Part shown: piece after piece, positions 12,901-20,753 of the stretch
Numbering within the stretch: position 1 is the stretch's first letter
Layout: every line of letters starts with the position of its first letter
From: a virus
IMG/VR virus record: IMGVR_UViG_3300028115_001816
Span: 13,864-77,863 of that record
DNA length: 64,000 bases
Reading direction: 5' to 3' (one strand)
Program-made: the position numbers and the translations under genes
Notes under the pieces: generated by a model
Told to the model about the DNA's origin: nothing
Databases searched by the model: none
Seen by the model: only the letters and a program-made list of their open reading frames with translations

Positions 12901-15900
12901 TACAATAGTTCATCTGATAGCACACAACTTAGATATTATTTTTGGGTAAGTGGCAGAACAGATATCCCAACAGAAGCAGAATTTAGAACAATTAGTGCAG
13001 ATAGTGTACGCAGTCTCATAGAAGATCCAAAAGCTCAAGGTTTGCCTTATGTTACATTTTTAGACAGAGATGCAGTTGCACTTTACAACTGTAAAGATTA
13101 TTTTGCCGATCAAGATACTGTGTTTAGTGTAAACTATGATGTGGTTAAAAACGAAGGTGTACTACACAGCGAGTTTGAATTATTTGGTAAAGGAAACACA
13201 GATCAGGATATTCCAACTAGAATTTACAATAAGTTAGTTGATAGTTTAGCAGGAAGTGATAGTGTTGGTAATATTGTTCCAGATCCTTTTTTAAGTGAAG
13301 TAGAAAAATATGGTGTATTGACACAACCAAGGCAGAGTATGTTTGTTAATAGAGCTAGTGCATTAAAAGTTTTAGTAGAATATTGTAACAAAATATTTAA
13401 AACTGCTCCATTTGCAAAGAATTCAACAATGACAAAGTTATTGAGTAGCGAAAATATTCCTACAGTAAACAGTGGTGAATACAATAAAAGTGTAGATACA
13501 CTAGCAGAAAGAGACTATTTAAACACTGCAATTCTTAGTACAGGTTATAAAGTTTTAGTATTAGAAGACGAAAGTAAAAGCGATTATTGGACAATATATT
13601 CACTAAATGCTGATAAAACTTGGTTGTTAGTGAACATACAAGGATATAACACTGCTGACTATTGGTCTTATGCTACTTACTATGCAACAGGTTACGATAG
13701 TACTACAGTTCCTAATTTTCAAGTACCAACAGAAGCAGACTTACAAACTTTGACTACTGCAGTAGAAGGTGATGTAGCAAAAGTGGTAAGTAATGACTCT
13801 GGTGATATGAGTATGTTTGCGTTAGATAACAACGGAACATGGAATGAAGTTATTACAGAAAAAGGAACAATACAGTTTAATGCTAGTCTTTATTCATTTG
13901 CCACATTAAATTCAAACTTTCAAGCAACTGGTTTTGATAATGATGGATTTGATTTTGGAAGTTTTGATAAAGTACCTACACAAGAAATTAGACAAATTTT
14001 TGATGCACTTACAAATGATATATTTGTAGACACTTATAAAATTAACATGAATGAATTGTTTTTTAGGTTAATGGAATATGCATTAAATGAAACATCATTT
14101 ACTAATGACTGGATTTTTAAAAGTAGTTTTATTAGTGTGGCACATAAATTACGCAGTTTAGATCAATACAATACATTTAAGTATGATAACACTACTTTTA
14201 TTGAAAATTTTATAGAAGAAGTAAAACCTTATAAAACTAAAATAAGAGAGTATATAAGCAAATATGATAAAGTAGATCAATTTGACGGAGATACAACAGA
14301 CTTTGATTTACATCCATTTTACGATAGTGAACTAAGTTTTTTCCGTAGTCCAAGTGGAGATTATAGCGGAGACGAAGTACTTCAGACTCAAGGACTTAAC
14401 AAACCTTGGAGCGAGAATTACGGCTATAGATTAGATAGTATTAGTATTGTAAATGCAGGATCAGGTTATCTTACAGATCCTACAGTAACCATTAGTGCCC
14501 CTCAACTAGCAGGAGGTGTACAAGCAACTGCCACTGCTACAACAAATGGTGATATAATCACAAGTATTACAATGGCAAATAAAGGAAGTGGGTATACTTC
14601 TGAACCAACTGTTACAATAACAGGCAGTGGTACAGGTATACTAGTAAGTCCTAGACTTGTTAATAATACTGTAAGAAGTTTTGATACTACAATTAAGTTT
14701 GATAGAATAACTTATTCTAGTGATATTAAAGACTGGACAGCAAATACTGCTTATACAACAGGTGATATTGTAGCATATCAGAACACTACAACACAAACAC
14801 AAGAAGTTTATACTGTTACTGCAGATTTTACAAGTGGTACAACTTTTAGTGTTGAAGACGCTAGTGGCACAACTGTACTTACAGTAAAAGCAGACGAAGA
14901 TTTCACAAATACTGCAGACAGAATACACGCTTACTATTATCCTTCATCAGGTATGATAGGAGATGATTTAGAATTACTGCAAAAAGGCACAGGCTATTTA
15001 GGAACTAAAGTAACAGGCCCAGGATTTGACCAAAACCCTGGCTTTGATAGTAGTAATTTTGATGTGATAGGTTTTGATAACTTTGAGATTGATGAAGAAG
15101 GACTGGCAGTTCTTGCTGGTGTTGATACAGTTTTTAGAGGAACTGAGTTTGCAGATGACGCAATTGGTAGTGAATACATAGTAAGGGGATATGTTGCTGA
15201 TGGATACACAAGTCGAGTAAGTTTAGGTTTAGACCCTGAAAGTATAATTGTAGACGGAGCAGGGTTTGTTGATACTTATAACAGTCATGCACCTGAAGAA
15301 CTGATACCAGGTAGAGTATATGATACACTAGATATGGAAGTTTATACGCATCCAAGTCATGATTATGAAGTAGATGGAGGGTCTCCACAGATACAACATA
15401 CTTCTTATAGTAACTTGCTTGATAGTTTTTCTGAAGGATTCGTTGAACCTGGATATGTTGAAGGTGATTATGTCTCACTTACCGGCACTACAATTAGTCA
15501 ACGTGATTTTCAATATGGAGATCCTACGAAAAGTTCTGAGGATTATGAGTACTTAATTGTATACCAAAATGACTTGAGAATATACAATTTTACTACAAAT
15601 TACACAGATAAAACTGTTACTTTAACTGATCCTATATTAGCTACAGATTCTATTCATATCTATGCATATAGTCAAGTTGGTGAAAAATTAATTGGTGAGT
15701 ATACAGAAATAGGCGACGGAAGTAGTGTAAATTTCCTTTTAGGAAATACACCAGCACAAACAAAACAAACACTGGTATTTGTAGATGGCGTAGAGACTAG
15801 TGTAACAGTAAGTGAACAGGATGATAGGACGCTTATTGTTTTTAGTTCTCCTCCAAGAAACGGAGCTCATATACATGCGTTTGTGTATAGCCAAGAAACA

Positions 15901-17169
15901 GATAGAGATGCACCAACAAGAATAGCATTACAAACTACAACACTAACTTCAGGTACATTCATATATGCATTAGATAATACAGTAAATTATGCACAACCTT
16001 TTAGTGCAAATACAGTAGTAGAAATAGATAATGTAAGGCTGCGTCCTGCAAACTCTGCATACTATACAGGTGATGGAGCAACAACACAATATAATATTGC
16101 GGGCACTGCAGGTGAATCTACAATTGGAAATATAAATGATATAGGTGTTACAGTTATTTCAAAGTCTACAGGACAAGCACTAAATGGTGTAAGAGATATA
16201 GATTTTACTGTAGCCACAGGAGTAAATTTCATAACACTTACTACTGCACCTGCTGACGGTGATACAATAATTGTGTATAACAATGCAGATGCAGAGTATA
16301 TAATTAGTGCGTCCGGTGAAGAAATTGTAATTAATAGCTCAGTAAGTTTTACAAGTAGTAGTGTAATGCGTGTCAATACTTTTGCAAATCACGATCCTTT
16401 ACGTATACAAACTAAGGTATACGAAGGAGACCCTGGTGGAGGTAGATATCAATTTGATAGAACTATTACTGATACTGCTTATCTTTGGGTAACTTTAGAT
16501 GGACTTAGAATTCATCCAGGAGAATTTAGTGTTGAAAATAATGAAATAGTAATGAGTGAAGTCATTAGTGATACTTTGACTGCTAGTAGTTTAATAGTTG
16601 CTACTCATATAACTGAAAATACAATGGGTCCTAGTACAGGTTTTAGAATATTCCAAGACATGAACGGAAACATAGAATATTTAAGATTGTGTAAAGATAA
16701 CACTACTACTACAGTTTTGCCTGCTCTACCTACAGATACGAAGATATATGTGAACGATGCAAGTGTCCTTCCGTATATAGAACCAACAAGTGAATACCCA
16801 GGTGTAGTGTTTATTGGCGGCGAAAGAATAACTTATTGGGAAGTAAATTTAGAGGAAAATTATATTACAGGATTACGTAGAGCAACAAACGGTACTGCTA
16901 TGGTACAACGTATGACAGAAGGCTTTTTAGTAGTTGATGGAGGAAAAGATCAACTATTGCCTGCTACAAATACGCATACAAATACTTGGTATAATGCAGG
17001 TTCAGGTACTGCAGCAGACGGTTTAGGATTACAACAATCTACTACTACAAATGCAAACTTTTTAAATGCTTGCCAGGCAGAAATTCCTAATTTTAGAGCA
17101 GAATTGAATGCCGGTGAATATATGGTTGACGACTATGTAGTTGATGACTACGTAGAAGTAAGACAATAA
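3901..17169 (+). CDS. Giant virion structural / baseplate-associated protein (4422 aa) with an FG-GAP-like beta-propeller and repeated beta-rich modules
   Basis: Uninterrupted 13.3-kb ORF coupled to gp6; seven FGxSV...VGAP repeats; GSGY..PTVTI and GDGST..F modules typical of large phage structural proteins. Confidence 0.75.
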   Translation: MALKKSSVLLPSVFQTIKNEKFLNATVDQLISEPNLKRFNSFIGRKFAPNFTVGDGYIQEASVDRQNYQLEPAVVSRNDANQIEHLTGYIDFVNKLGYNNVDTTRHNDLFSQQYYNYSGFVDFDKLVNYGEYFWLPAGPDSVQVFNSIVDTEKTYTVYRSGDDIRFDSTTADPNRTIILARGGTYNFELSETGNPFWIQTETGTSGISSYSTATSTREVLGVSNNGATTGTVTFTVPDVDTQNEEINAVQAANPDFATDLTYRQIHNQPYSTFIDTHGGIDKQTIIDGKTLVFVNTSTISSDWSSAPITEGGFGSSFDETTVIDIENRYDVYNIEIQTIDSVDTIILTRVTDWPQGQKVKIKQGDSYGSREFFKGGDSLPKLIAPYTAGATTLYYQDGSVENKFGKITLVEIDEISPIDIENDIVGKTVYTSDNDVTFTNGLKVEFNSDVTPSTYASREYFVEGVGQPQGITLTPVDELLTPETYSVSSSDGFDTVAYDAGGWDGTLNAPTTQDYIVINRSSPDRNAWSRGNRWFHRAVIEATAGYNEYTAVIDDSARAKRPIIEFYGGLELYNMGTTSKAPVTVVDTTQTDAFSNVNGSTGYFADGIDLQQDNTVIFSADTDSDVSNKVYRVDIVDQDANISTDPIINLVQIDTVADGDCVLSTLGATNQGKQYWLDGTTWRTAQQKTTINQDPLFDIFDPDHVSFSDQTKYPSSNFVGNKLFSYKRNGNAAPDAILNFGLTYKNFSTLGDIVFDNNFDTDKFQYTKNTGNVNVILRSGHVHQFDAQGARSLYNGWTKVLEQSVQYQVVSYDVTANELYSFEIGASVDTTKTIQPLRVFVNGKFIAPSKYTHLVQSEREYVVFTNKLAVDDVVTIKFFSNTKASNSFYEVPSNLENNSSNATFPTLTLGQMRNHVTTFSTFIQDLSGVAPGNSNIRDKNFRGYPGDILQHSAGLITPIYALTNNEANVIKSINYVKNEYTKFKNSFIDNINKLDLDLTNPSKCVDDIITHMVGKKTSAFPFYYSDMLPWGSQKSQVVYTIDDSTEVEFEFTTQFDLTSISNRGVLVYKNTTLLVEGKDYTFDTVEAKVLLTTNNLGTSNIGLAVNDTITIVEYSNNEGSFCPPTPSKLGLYYKFEPYKYTDNTYTTAKTVVQGHDGSTWIGYNDIRDDIVLEFEKRVYNNIKTQYKTNLFDFSEVKPGYFRSSLTNLNESNNIIRSYFGEWALKNKVRLQENTITDNTNLFTWNYTTSVNTLNRERIPGYWRGIYRWFYDTDTPHTTPWEMLGLSVKPMWWDDRYGEAPYTSGNTVLWEDLRDGKLYSDATGTTFTTVTNRKRPDLLTIIPVDPQGNLRAPGEFLTEGTVVTNNNEPWAFSDGSPAETAWVRSSEYPFVMQILAANLRPAKYGALMFDTNLLEYNAVYDQILQTGKSYRPALNDLQMHGTLLTDGTVQKAEGYNQFISEYITSTGFSINDTITNFKNLELNLCYGIAGFTDKKYLKVVAESVTPSSESENIFIPDENLNIFLKKSLPLERILYSGVQIIKRTNGYELQGYDTENPFFKIIPSERTTNPYEHTVGQNTYFEFQQYENVIANIPYGTVITTKQQVFDFLVSYQRYLLSKGFVFDGITSRGDKNDFVTGGKEFAFWTDQNWETNSVIVLSPFSEGLKLNRALATVDDITVNGSPKDANGSIINPKFYDVTRIDNFVEIILDKENTQLYSVQLDPIQYEHAIVLDNQTIFNDVIFQPELGNRHDRLKLIGSKSGDWNGTLHAPGFFLNEDKINIWQSYVDYKKGDLVSFQNKTYSAKYEITGSNIFNFDDWNVVNNMQTGLIKNLTNKASQFKEFFEIDGLNLEDGVDKLGKGTIGFNQKDYLAGLGLDDVSQVKFYQGMIKQKGTGSAINKLIDAKLTNLDQSIDYFEEWAFRVGEYGSIDSNQVIEAIIPEENATNNPVVIHYHNNGELSTLTDDDHYHIQQKDLYKTPNNYTSDVFPIRDSNTDTKNDLDTAGYARLDDVDYTAFTADELVDLSNNLAVIGKGDKIWTATDTNNTWSIRRVDETLSTITSVQSTGNGYLIYTTDTNHGLVKDDFVIIRAQQPIGKVAKIFEVSSPNSFTIADTTTEADIQNVSIPMFKLSNVRFTQASDLSSYTPINGWNNKEVVWVDKDKENKWSVLQNTRPWTTTGIKSTASVTASDNLGTSITINAQGTLAIAGAPEQDAGAIIPFRRAESGALVEGNIRTDATIGDSLDRFGEAVAAGIDYIAVGAPETETGTGAVFIYFVDVAGDLNRRPTIRPSGLSSSANFGKSVVMSGNGRYLFVGAPGDNTIYAYTLVTIPESSVAVDTITSDTSAIYSINFTPISQETLNVVDQNGKVYLPNKDFTLSGPSQITFTANPANLLQIVVRQQDYFALSDTITPFDSMSGDNYGYSIDCDYSGRNIVVGAPNASVAGTDSAVIADAGEVSVISQVVQQFAGDGSTKIFTTQETLQTKIFVEVDGILQTETDNADVPTDNDGSSEGFYLRSSNTITFKYSPASGAKIVVYTGTYFEKQKIDQNVTGQTPSTGEQFGYSVAIDSRGTMIAIGSPGEDEIDIDTGSVFVFQDSGKNYGTVTTNTPHNQTSGDTFYIDNRLITVTSSADNPSNLASDINLASIPGVTASVNSNGAIVITSTNTEEYNKLTINPGTGQMFARDDVFEIFKFTQKINHPQGASNENFGRAVAFDKYINNVTLLGGTRNLVASSDKASTRLSVRFDVESNSNKENYLDATTTFDAEGTTFTDKRTESGAAYLYELLDAHSATIDNPDKLVFGQQLTTTNVATADQFGFSVAFNDNRIYVGSPQDTIVRGSVTLTNSGSVYEFNNDNRLSSWTAIRNEDTRIDVTQINRVALYNKNTKEISVFLDYIDPVKGKIAGVANAELSYVSKTDPAMYANSLWSYKYKHRLWWDTSTVHYLNAEQSDLDYRKNYWGTTFPGSTIDVYEWIESNVPPSEYTGEGTVKDVNLFTSANVYNSSSDSTQLRYYFWVSGRTDIPTEAEFRTISADSVRSLIEDPKAQGLPYVTFLDRDAVALYNCKDYFADQDTVFSVNYDVVKNEGVLHSEFELFGKGNTDQDIPTRIYNKLVDSLAGSDSVGNIVPDPFLSEVEKYGVLTQPRQSMFVNRASALKVLVEYCNKIFKTAPFAKNSTMTKLLSSENIPTVNSGEYNKSVDTLAERDYLNTAILSTGYKVLVLEDESKSDYWTIYSLNADKTWLLVNIQGYNTADYWSYATYYATGYDSTTVPNFQVPTEADLQTLTTAVEGDVAKVVSNDSGDMSMFALDNNGTWNEVITEKGTIQFNASLYSFATLNSNFQATGFDNDGFDFGSFDKVPTQEIRQIFDALTNDIFVDTYKINMNELFFRLMEYALNETSFTNDWIFKSSFISVAHKLRSLDQYNTFKYDNTTFIENFIEEVKPYKTKIREYISKYDKVDQFDGDTTDFDLHPFYDSELSFFRSPSGDYSGDEVLQTQGLNKPWSENYGYRLDSISIVNAGSGYLTDPTVTISAPQLAGGVQATATATTNGDIITSITMANKGSGYTSEPTVTITGSGTGILVSPRLVNNTVRSFDTTIKFDRITYSSDIKDWTANTAYTTGDIVAYQNTTTQTQEVYTVTADFTSGTTFSVEDASGTTVLTVKADEDFTNTADRIHAYYYPSSGMIGDDLELLQKGTGYLGTKVTGPGFDQNPGFDSSNFDVIGFDNFEIDEEGLAVLAGVDTVFRGTEFADDAIGSEYIVRGYVADGYTSRVSLGLDPESIIVDGAGFVDTYNSHAPEELIPGRVYDTLDMEVYTHPSHDYEVDGGSPQIQHTSYSNLLDSFSEGFVEPGYVEGDYVSLTGTTISQRDFQYGDPTKSSEDYEYLIVYQNDLRIYNFTTNYTDKTVTLTDPILATDSIHIYAYSQVGEKLIGEYTEIGDGSSVNFLLGNTPAQTKQTLVFVDGVETSVTVSEQDDRTLIVFSSPPRNGAHIHAFVYSQETDRDAPTRIALQTTTLTSGTFIYALDNTVNYAQPFSANTVVEIDNVRLRPANSAYYTGDGATTQYNIAGTAGESTIGNINDIGVTVISKSTGQALNGVRDIDFTVATGVNFITLTTAPADGDTIIVYNNADAEYIISASGEEIVINSSVSFTSSSVMRVNTFANHDPLRIQTKVYEGDPGGGRYQFDRTITDTAYLWVTLDGLRIHPGEFSVENNEIVMSEVISDTLTASSLIVATHITENTMGPSTGFRIFQDMNGNIEYLRLCKDNTTTTVLPALPTDTKIYVNDASVLPYIEPTSEYPGVVFIGGERITYWEVNLEENYITGLRRATNGTAMVQRMTEGFLVVDGGKDQLLPATNTHTNTWYNAGSGTAADGLGLQQSTTTNANFLNACQAEIPNFRAELNAGEYMVDDYVVDDYVEVRQ

Positions 17170-17175
17170 TGTGTT

Positions 17176-17183
17176 GATAAATA
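17176..17183 (+). promoter_or_regulatory. T4-late-like promoter GATAAATA
   Basis: Intergenic, upstream of the GAGG RBS of the fibre gene. Confidence 0.55.
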
Positions 17184-17220
17184 CTCTTATACGCATTGAT
17201 ATACTAAGGATGAGGATAAA

Positions 17221-20028
17221 ATGGCAATAACACTTAGAGGAAATAAAAGTCAAGCACTGACATTTAATGAAATGGACGGTAACTTTACTGACTTGGATGG
17301 AAGAGCTACAACGCTTGAAGGTAGTACTGTACAAACAGTTAATGGATTAAGTCCTACAAGTAATGCAATAACAATAACCACTGCAAACATTACTGAAAAT
17401 ACAAACTTATATTATACTGATGCAAGAGCCAGAGCTAGTATAAGTGTTGTTGATAGTGGAGGTGATGGTAGCATAGGTTACAACAGCAGTACAGGGGCAA
17501 TAACTTATACTGGACCAAGTGCTTCTGAAGTAAGAGCTCACTTTAGTGCAGGTGAAGGCATTGATATATCCTCCGGTACAATATCTGGTGAAGATGCATC
17601 CTCATCAAATAAAGGCATAGCATCCTTCTCTGGATCGGAATTTACAGTGACATCAGGTGATGTTGCAATTAATGACGCAACAACCTCTGCTAAAGGTATT
17701 GCTTCATTTAGTAGTGATCATTTTGACGTATCATCAGGTGCAGTTACAATTAAAGCAGACAGTATTGATGATACTCATATAGACTTTGGTACAGGCACAA
17801 ATCAAGTTAGTACTGCAGATATTCCTGAAGAAACTAATTTATATTATACAAATGCACGTGCCGATTCACGTATTTCTTCTGCAAGTGTTGGGGATTTAAG
17901 TGACGTTGATATAACAACTTCAGCACCAAGTGCAAATGATGTATTAACATGGAACGCAGTGGATGGTGAATTTCAGCCAGCTGCAGCACCTGGTGCGGCA
18001 GGTGGTGAAGCAAACACTGGTAGTAATGTAGGTACAGGAAGTGGATTATTCAAAACTAAAGTAGGTTCTGATTTACAATTCAAAAGTATAATTGGTACAG
18101 ATCCAATTGTTGCAACATCAAATACAAACGATGTAACTTTAACTTGGGATCCTGCAGCAGATCTTGATATTAATTCAAATAAATTAAGAAACGTCACAGA
18201 TCCAACAAGTGCTCAAGATGCTGCAACTAAAGCATATGTAGATAGTCAAGTAAGTTCAGTCAGTACAACTGCAATTAGTCAAGGTAACAGTGATGTTACT
18301 GTAACAGACAGTGGAACTGGACAGGTAGTTACTACTATTGATGGTACTGCAGAATTAACAATAGTAAGTGCAAGTGCAACATTTGGTGGTAACATAATTA
18401 TACCAGATGCAGGCAATATTGGTAGTGCAAGTGATACAGATGCTATAGCAATTGCATCTGATGGAAATGTGACATTCAGTCAAGATGTAACTGTGACTGG
18501 TGATTTAACTGTAAATGGAGACACAACAACTGTCAGTACTACTAATATGGTAGTAAGTGATAACTTAATTGAACTTAATAATGGTGCATCAAGTAACGCA
18601 AACGATAGTGGTATTGTTATTGAAAGAGGAAGTACAGGCGATAATGCATTTATAGGTTGGGATGAATCATCTGATAAATTTATAGTAGGTACAACTACTG
18701 CTACAGGTGCAAGTACAGGTACTCTTGCAATTACAACAGGAACACTAGTAGCAAACGTTGAAGGCAATGTCACTGGTGACGTAACTGGTGATGTAACTGG
18801 AAATGCTGATACTGCTACAAGTGCAGCAACTCTTACTACAGCCAGAGCAATTGCACTAAGTGGTGATGTTGTAGGAACTGCAAACTTTGATGGTAGTGCA
18901 GGAATAAGTATTTCTACTACAATCCAGGCTAATAGTGTTGCATTGGGTACAGATACAACTGGTAGCTATGTAGAATCATTAGTTGCTGGTGCATTAATTG
19001 ATTTACAAAATAACACTGGTGAGGGAGCTACTCCTACTATTGATGTTGACTTGTCGGAACTTACAGACGGTACAGAAGATATCATAGGGTCACAAGACGA
19101 ATTAGTTTATCTGGATAATGGAAGTCAAAAACGTAAACTTATTTCAGAAATATCAATTGGTGAATTTACAACTGCAAATCAAATTGCATTAGGGACTGAT
19201 ACAACCGGAAACTATGTTGCCGCAGGTGCTACAAGCGGTAGTGGTATTAGCGGTAGTGTAAGTAGTGAAGGTGGAACATTTACAGTTACATCAAACGCAA
19301 CTAATGCAAATACCGGTTCAACTATTGTATTCCGTGACGGTAGTGGAAATTTTAGTGCAGGTACTATTACTGCTAATTTAACAGGTAACGTTACAGGAGA
19401 CGTAACAGGTGATCTTACTGGCAATGCTGATACTGCTACAACTGCTACATCTGCAACAAGTGCAACGTCTGCAACAAGTGCAACTACTGCAACTACTGCT
19501 ACTAATGTTACAACAACAGATAATACTGCAAACAATGAAACAGTATACATTACATTTGTAGATGGAACAAGTGGCGGACAAGGTATCGAAGTTGATAGTA
19601 CAGGATTAACATACAATCCAAGTACAAACACATTAACAACAAGTGTTTTTAGTGGAGAAGCAACTGCAGCACAATACGCTGACTTGGCAGAAAAATACAC
19701 AACTGATGAAACATATTTACCAGGAACAGTAATGGCAGTAGGTGGTGATGCAGAAACAACTGCAGCAAGTGCAAGTTCACAATACATAGCAGGTGTTATA
19801 TCAACAGATCCTGCGTATTTAATGAATAGTGGCTCAGATGGACAAGCAATTGCACTAGTTGGTCGTGTACCGGTTAGAGTAGTTGGTAGTGTAACAAAAG
19901 GACAAGCAGTATTTGCAACAGATAATGGTGTAGCAAGTACAGATGGTACAGGCCCAATCGTTGGAATTGCATTAGAAACAAATAGCAATTCAGACGAAAA
20001 GAGTGTAGAATGTATGCTTAAGGTGTAA
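17221..20028 (+). CDS. Tail fibre / fibre-like structural protein (935 aa)
   Basis: G/S/T/A/D-rich; NLYYTxAR, GNVTGDVTG and DAATKAYVD fibre motifs; C-terminal YADLAE domain. Confidence 0.75.
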   Translation: MAITLRGNKSQALTFNEMDGNFTDLDGRATTLEGSTVQTVNGLSPTSNAITITTANITENTNLYYTDARARASISVVDSGGDGSIGYNSSTGAITYTGPSASEVRAHFSAGEGIDISSGTISGEDASSSNKGIASFSGSEFTVTSGDVAINDATTSAKGIASFSSDHFDVSSGAVTIKADSIDDTHIDFGTGTNQVSTADIPEETNLYYTNARADSRISSASVGDLSDVDITTSAPSANDVLTWNAVDGEFQPAAAPGAAGGEANTGSNVGTGSGLFKTKVGSDLQFKSIIGTDPIVATSNTNDVTLTWDPAADLDINSNKLRNVTDPTSAQDAATKAYVDSQVSSVSTTAISQGNSDVTVTDSGTGQVVTTIDGTAELTIVSASATFGGNIIIPDAGNIGSASDTDAIAIASDGNVTFSQDVTVTGDLTVNGDTTTVSTTNMVVSDNLIELNNGASSNANDSGIVIERGSTGDNAFIGWDESSDKFIVGTTTATGASTGTLAITTGTLVANVEGNVTGDVTGDVTGNADTATSAATLTTARAIALSGDVVGTANFDGSAGISISTTIQANSVALGTDTTGSYVESLVAGALIDLQNNTGEGATPTIDVDLSELTDGTEDIIGSQDELVYLDNGSQKRKLISEISIGEFTTANQIALGTDTTGNYVAAGATSGSGISGSVSSEGGTFTVTSNATNANTGSTIVFRDGSGNFSAGTITANLTGNVTGDVTGDLTGNADTATTATSATSATSATSATTATTATNVTTTDNTANNETVYITFVDGTSGGQGIEVDSTGLTYNPSTNTLTTSVFSGEATAAQYADLAEKYTTDETYLPGTVMAVGGDAETTAASASSQYIAGVISTDPAYLMNSGSDGQAIALVGRVPVRVVGSVTKGQAVFATDNGVASTDGTGPIVGIALETNSNSDEKSVECMLKV
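19432..19503 (+). repeat. Degenerate 9-nt tandem repeat encoding (T/S-A-T)n in the tail fibre
   Basis: actgctaca actgctaca tctgcaaca agtgcaacg tctgcaaca agtgcaact actgcaact actgctact. Confidence 0.8.
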
Positions 20029-20030
20029 TA

Positions 20031-20696
20031 ATGAAAGATAACGATATGGAAAAAACGGATATTGAACAACCTCAAGCACCAGAAAGTGCAATTAAAGATA
20101 CTAGCGGTGTAATGATGGAAGGACACATTCGTATTTTTGATCCTGAAACAGGTGAAGATTACGTTAATAAAAGAAATGCTATACACTATGAAAATATGAG
20201 CGAAGCACTTGCATTAAGTATAGCAAACAAAACAACAGGTTTTATACATGAAATGAGTTTTGGTAATGGTGGCACTAGTGTAGATCCTACAGGTGTTATT
20301 ACGTATCTACCAGCAAATAGCAGTGGTAGTAATGCAAACTTATACAACCAAACATATTACAAAGTAGTAGATGATAATAGTAGTTTGAATACAGATACTG
20401 CTAGAAATAAACTTACAATTAGTCATACAACAGGACAAATTTACACTGATATAGTTGTAAGTTGTTTGCTTGATTACGGTGAACCTAATAGTCAAGCGGC
20501 GTTTGATAACACAAGTAATTTTAATGATACATATACATTTGATGAGCTTGGTTTAAGAAGTTGGACAGGTACAGTGAACACAGGTAAACTGTTAACCCAT
20601 GTTGTTTTTCATCCTGTACAAAAAAGTTTGAATAGACTTATACAAATAGATTATACAGTTAGAATACAAACATTGACTAATCTTAGTAGTATATAA
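20031..20696 (+). CDS. Virion structural protein (221 aa)
   Basis: Lies within the tail module; FDELGL...LLTHVVFHPVQKS...IDYTVRI resembles phage tail-collar/fibre-anchor domains. Confidence 0.55.
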   Translation: MKDNDMEKTDIEQPQAPESAIKDTSGVMMEGHIRIFDPETGEDYVNKRNAIHYENMSEALALSIANKTTGFIHEMSFGNGGTSVDPTGVITYLPANSSGSNANLYNQTYYKVVDDNSSLNTDTARNKLTISHTTGQIYTDIVVSCLLDYGEPNSQAAFDNTSNFNDTYTFDELGLRSWTGTVNTGKLLTHVVFHPVQKSLNRLIQIDYTVRIQTLTNLSSI

Positions 20697-20724
20697 TATA
20701 CTATGTTAATTTAGTTGATAAATA
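20694..20724 (+). promoter_or_regulatory. T4-late-like promoter (TAATATAC-N15-GATAAATA)
   Basis: Same two elements and spacing as the site at 306-336. Confidence 0.55.
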
Positions 20725-20753
20725 TTACTAACGAATAGCGGAGCAACTTAAAG

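Noticed and set aside
3901-17169. Intein or read-through artefact explaining the 4422-aa length
   Set aside because: No Hint or LAGLIDADG motifs seen; the ORF is continuous with structural-type repeats throughout
19212-20186. 324-aa - strand ORF and the other antisense or nested ORFs in the track (e.g. 5125-5670, 10167-10658, 21314-21865, 52421-52801)
   Set aside because: They shadow long genes with clear motifs on the other strand or frame and have no recognisable motifs of their own
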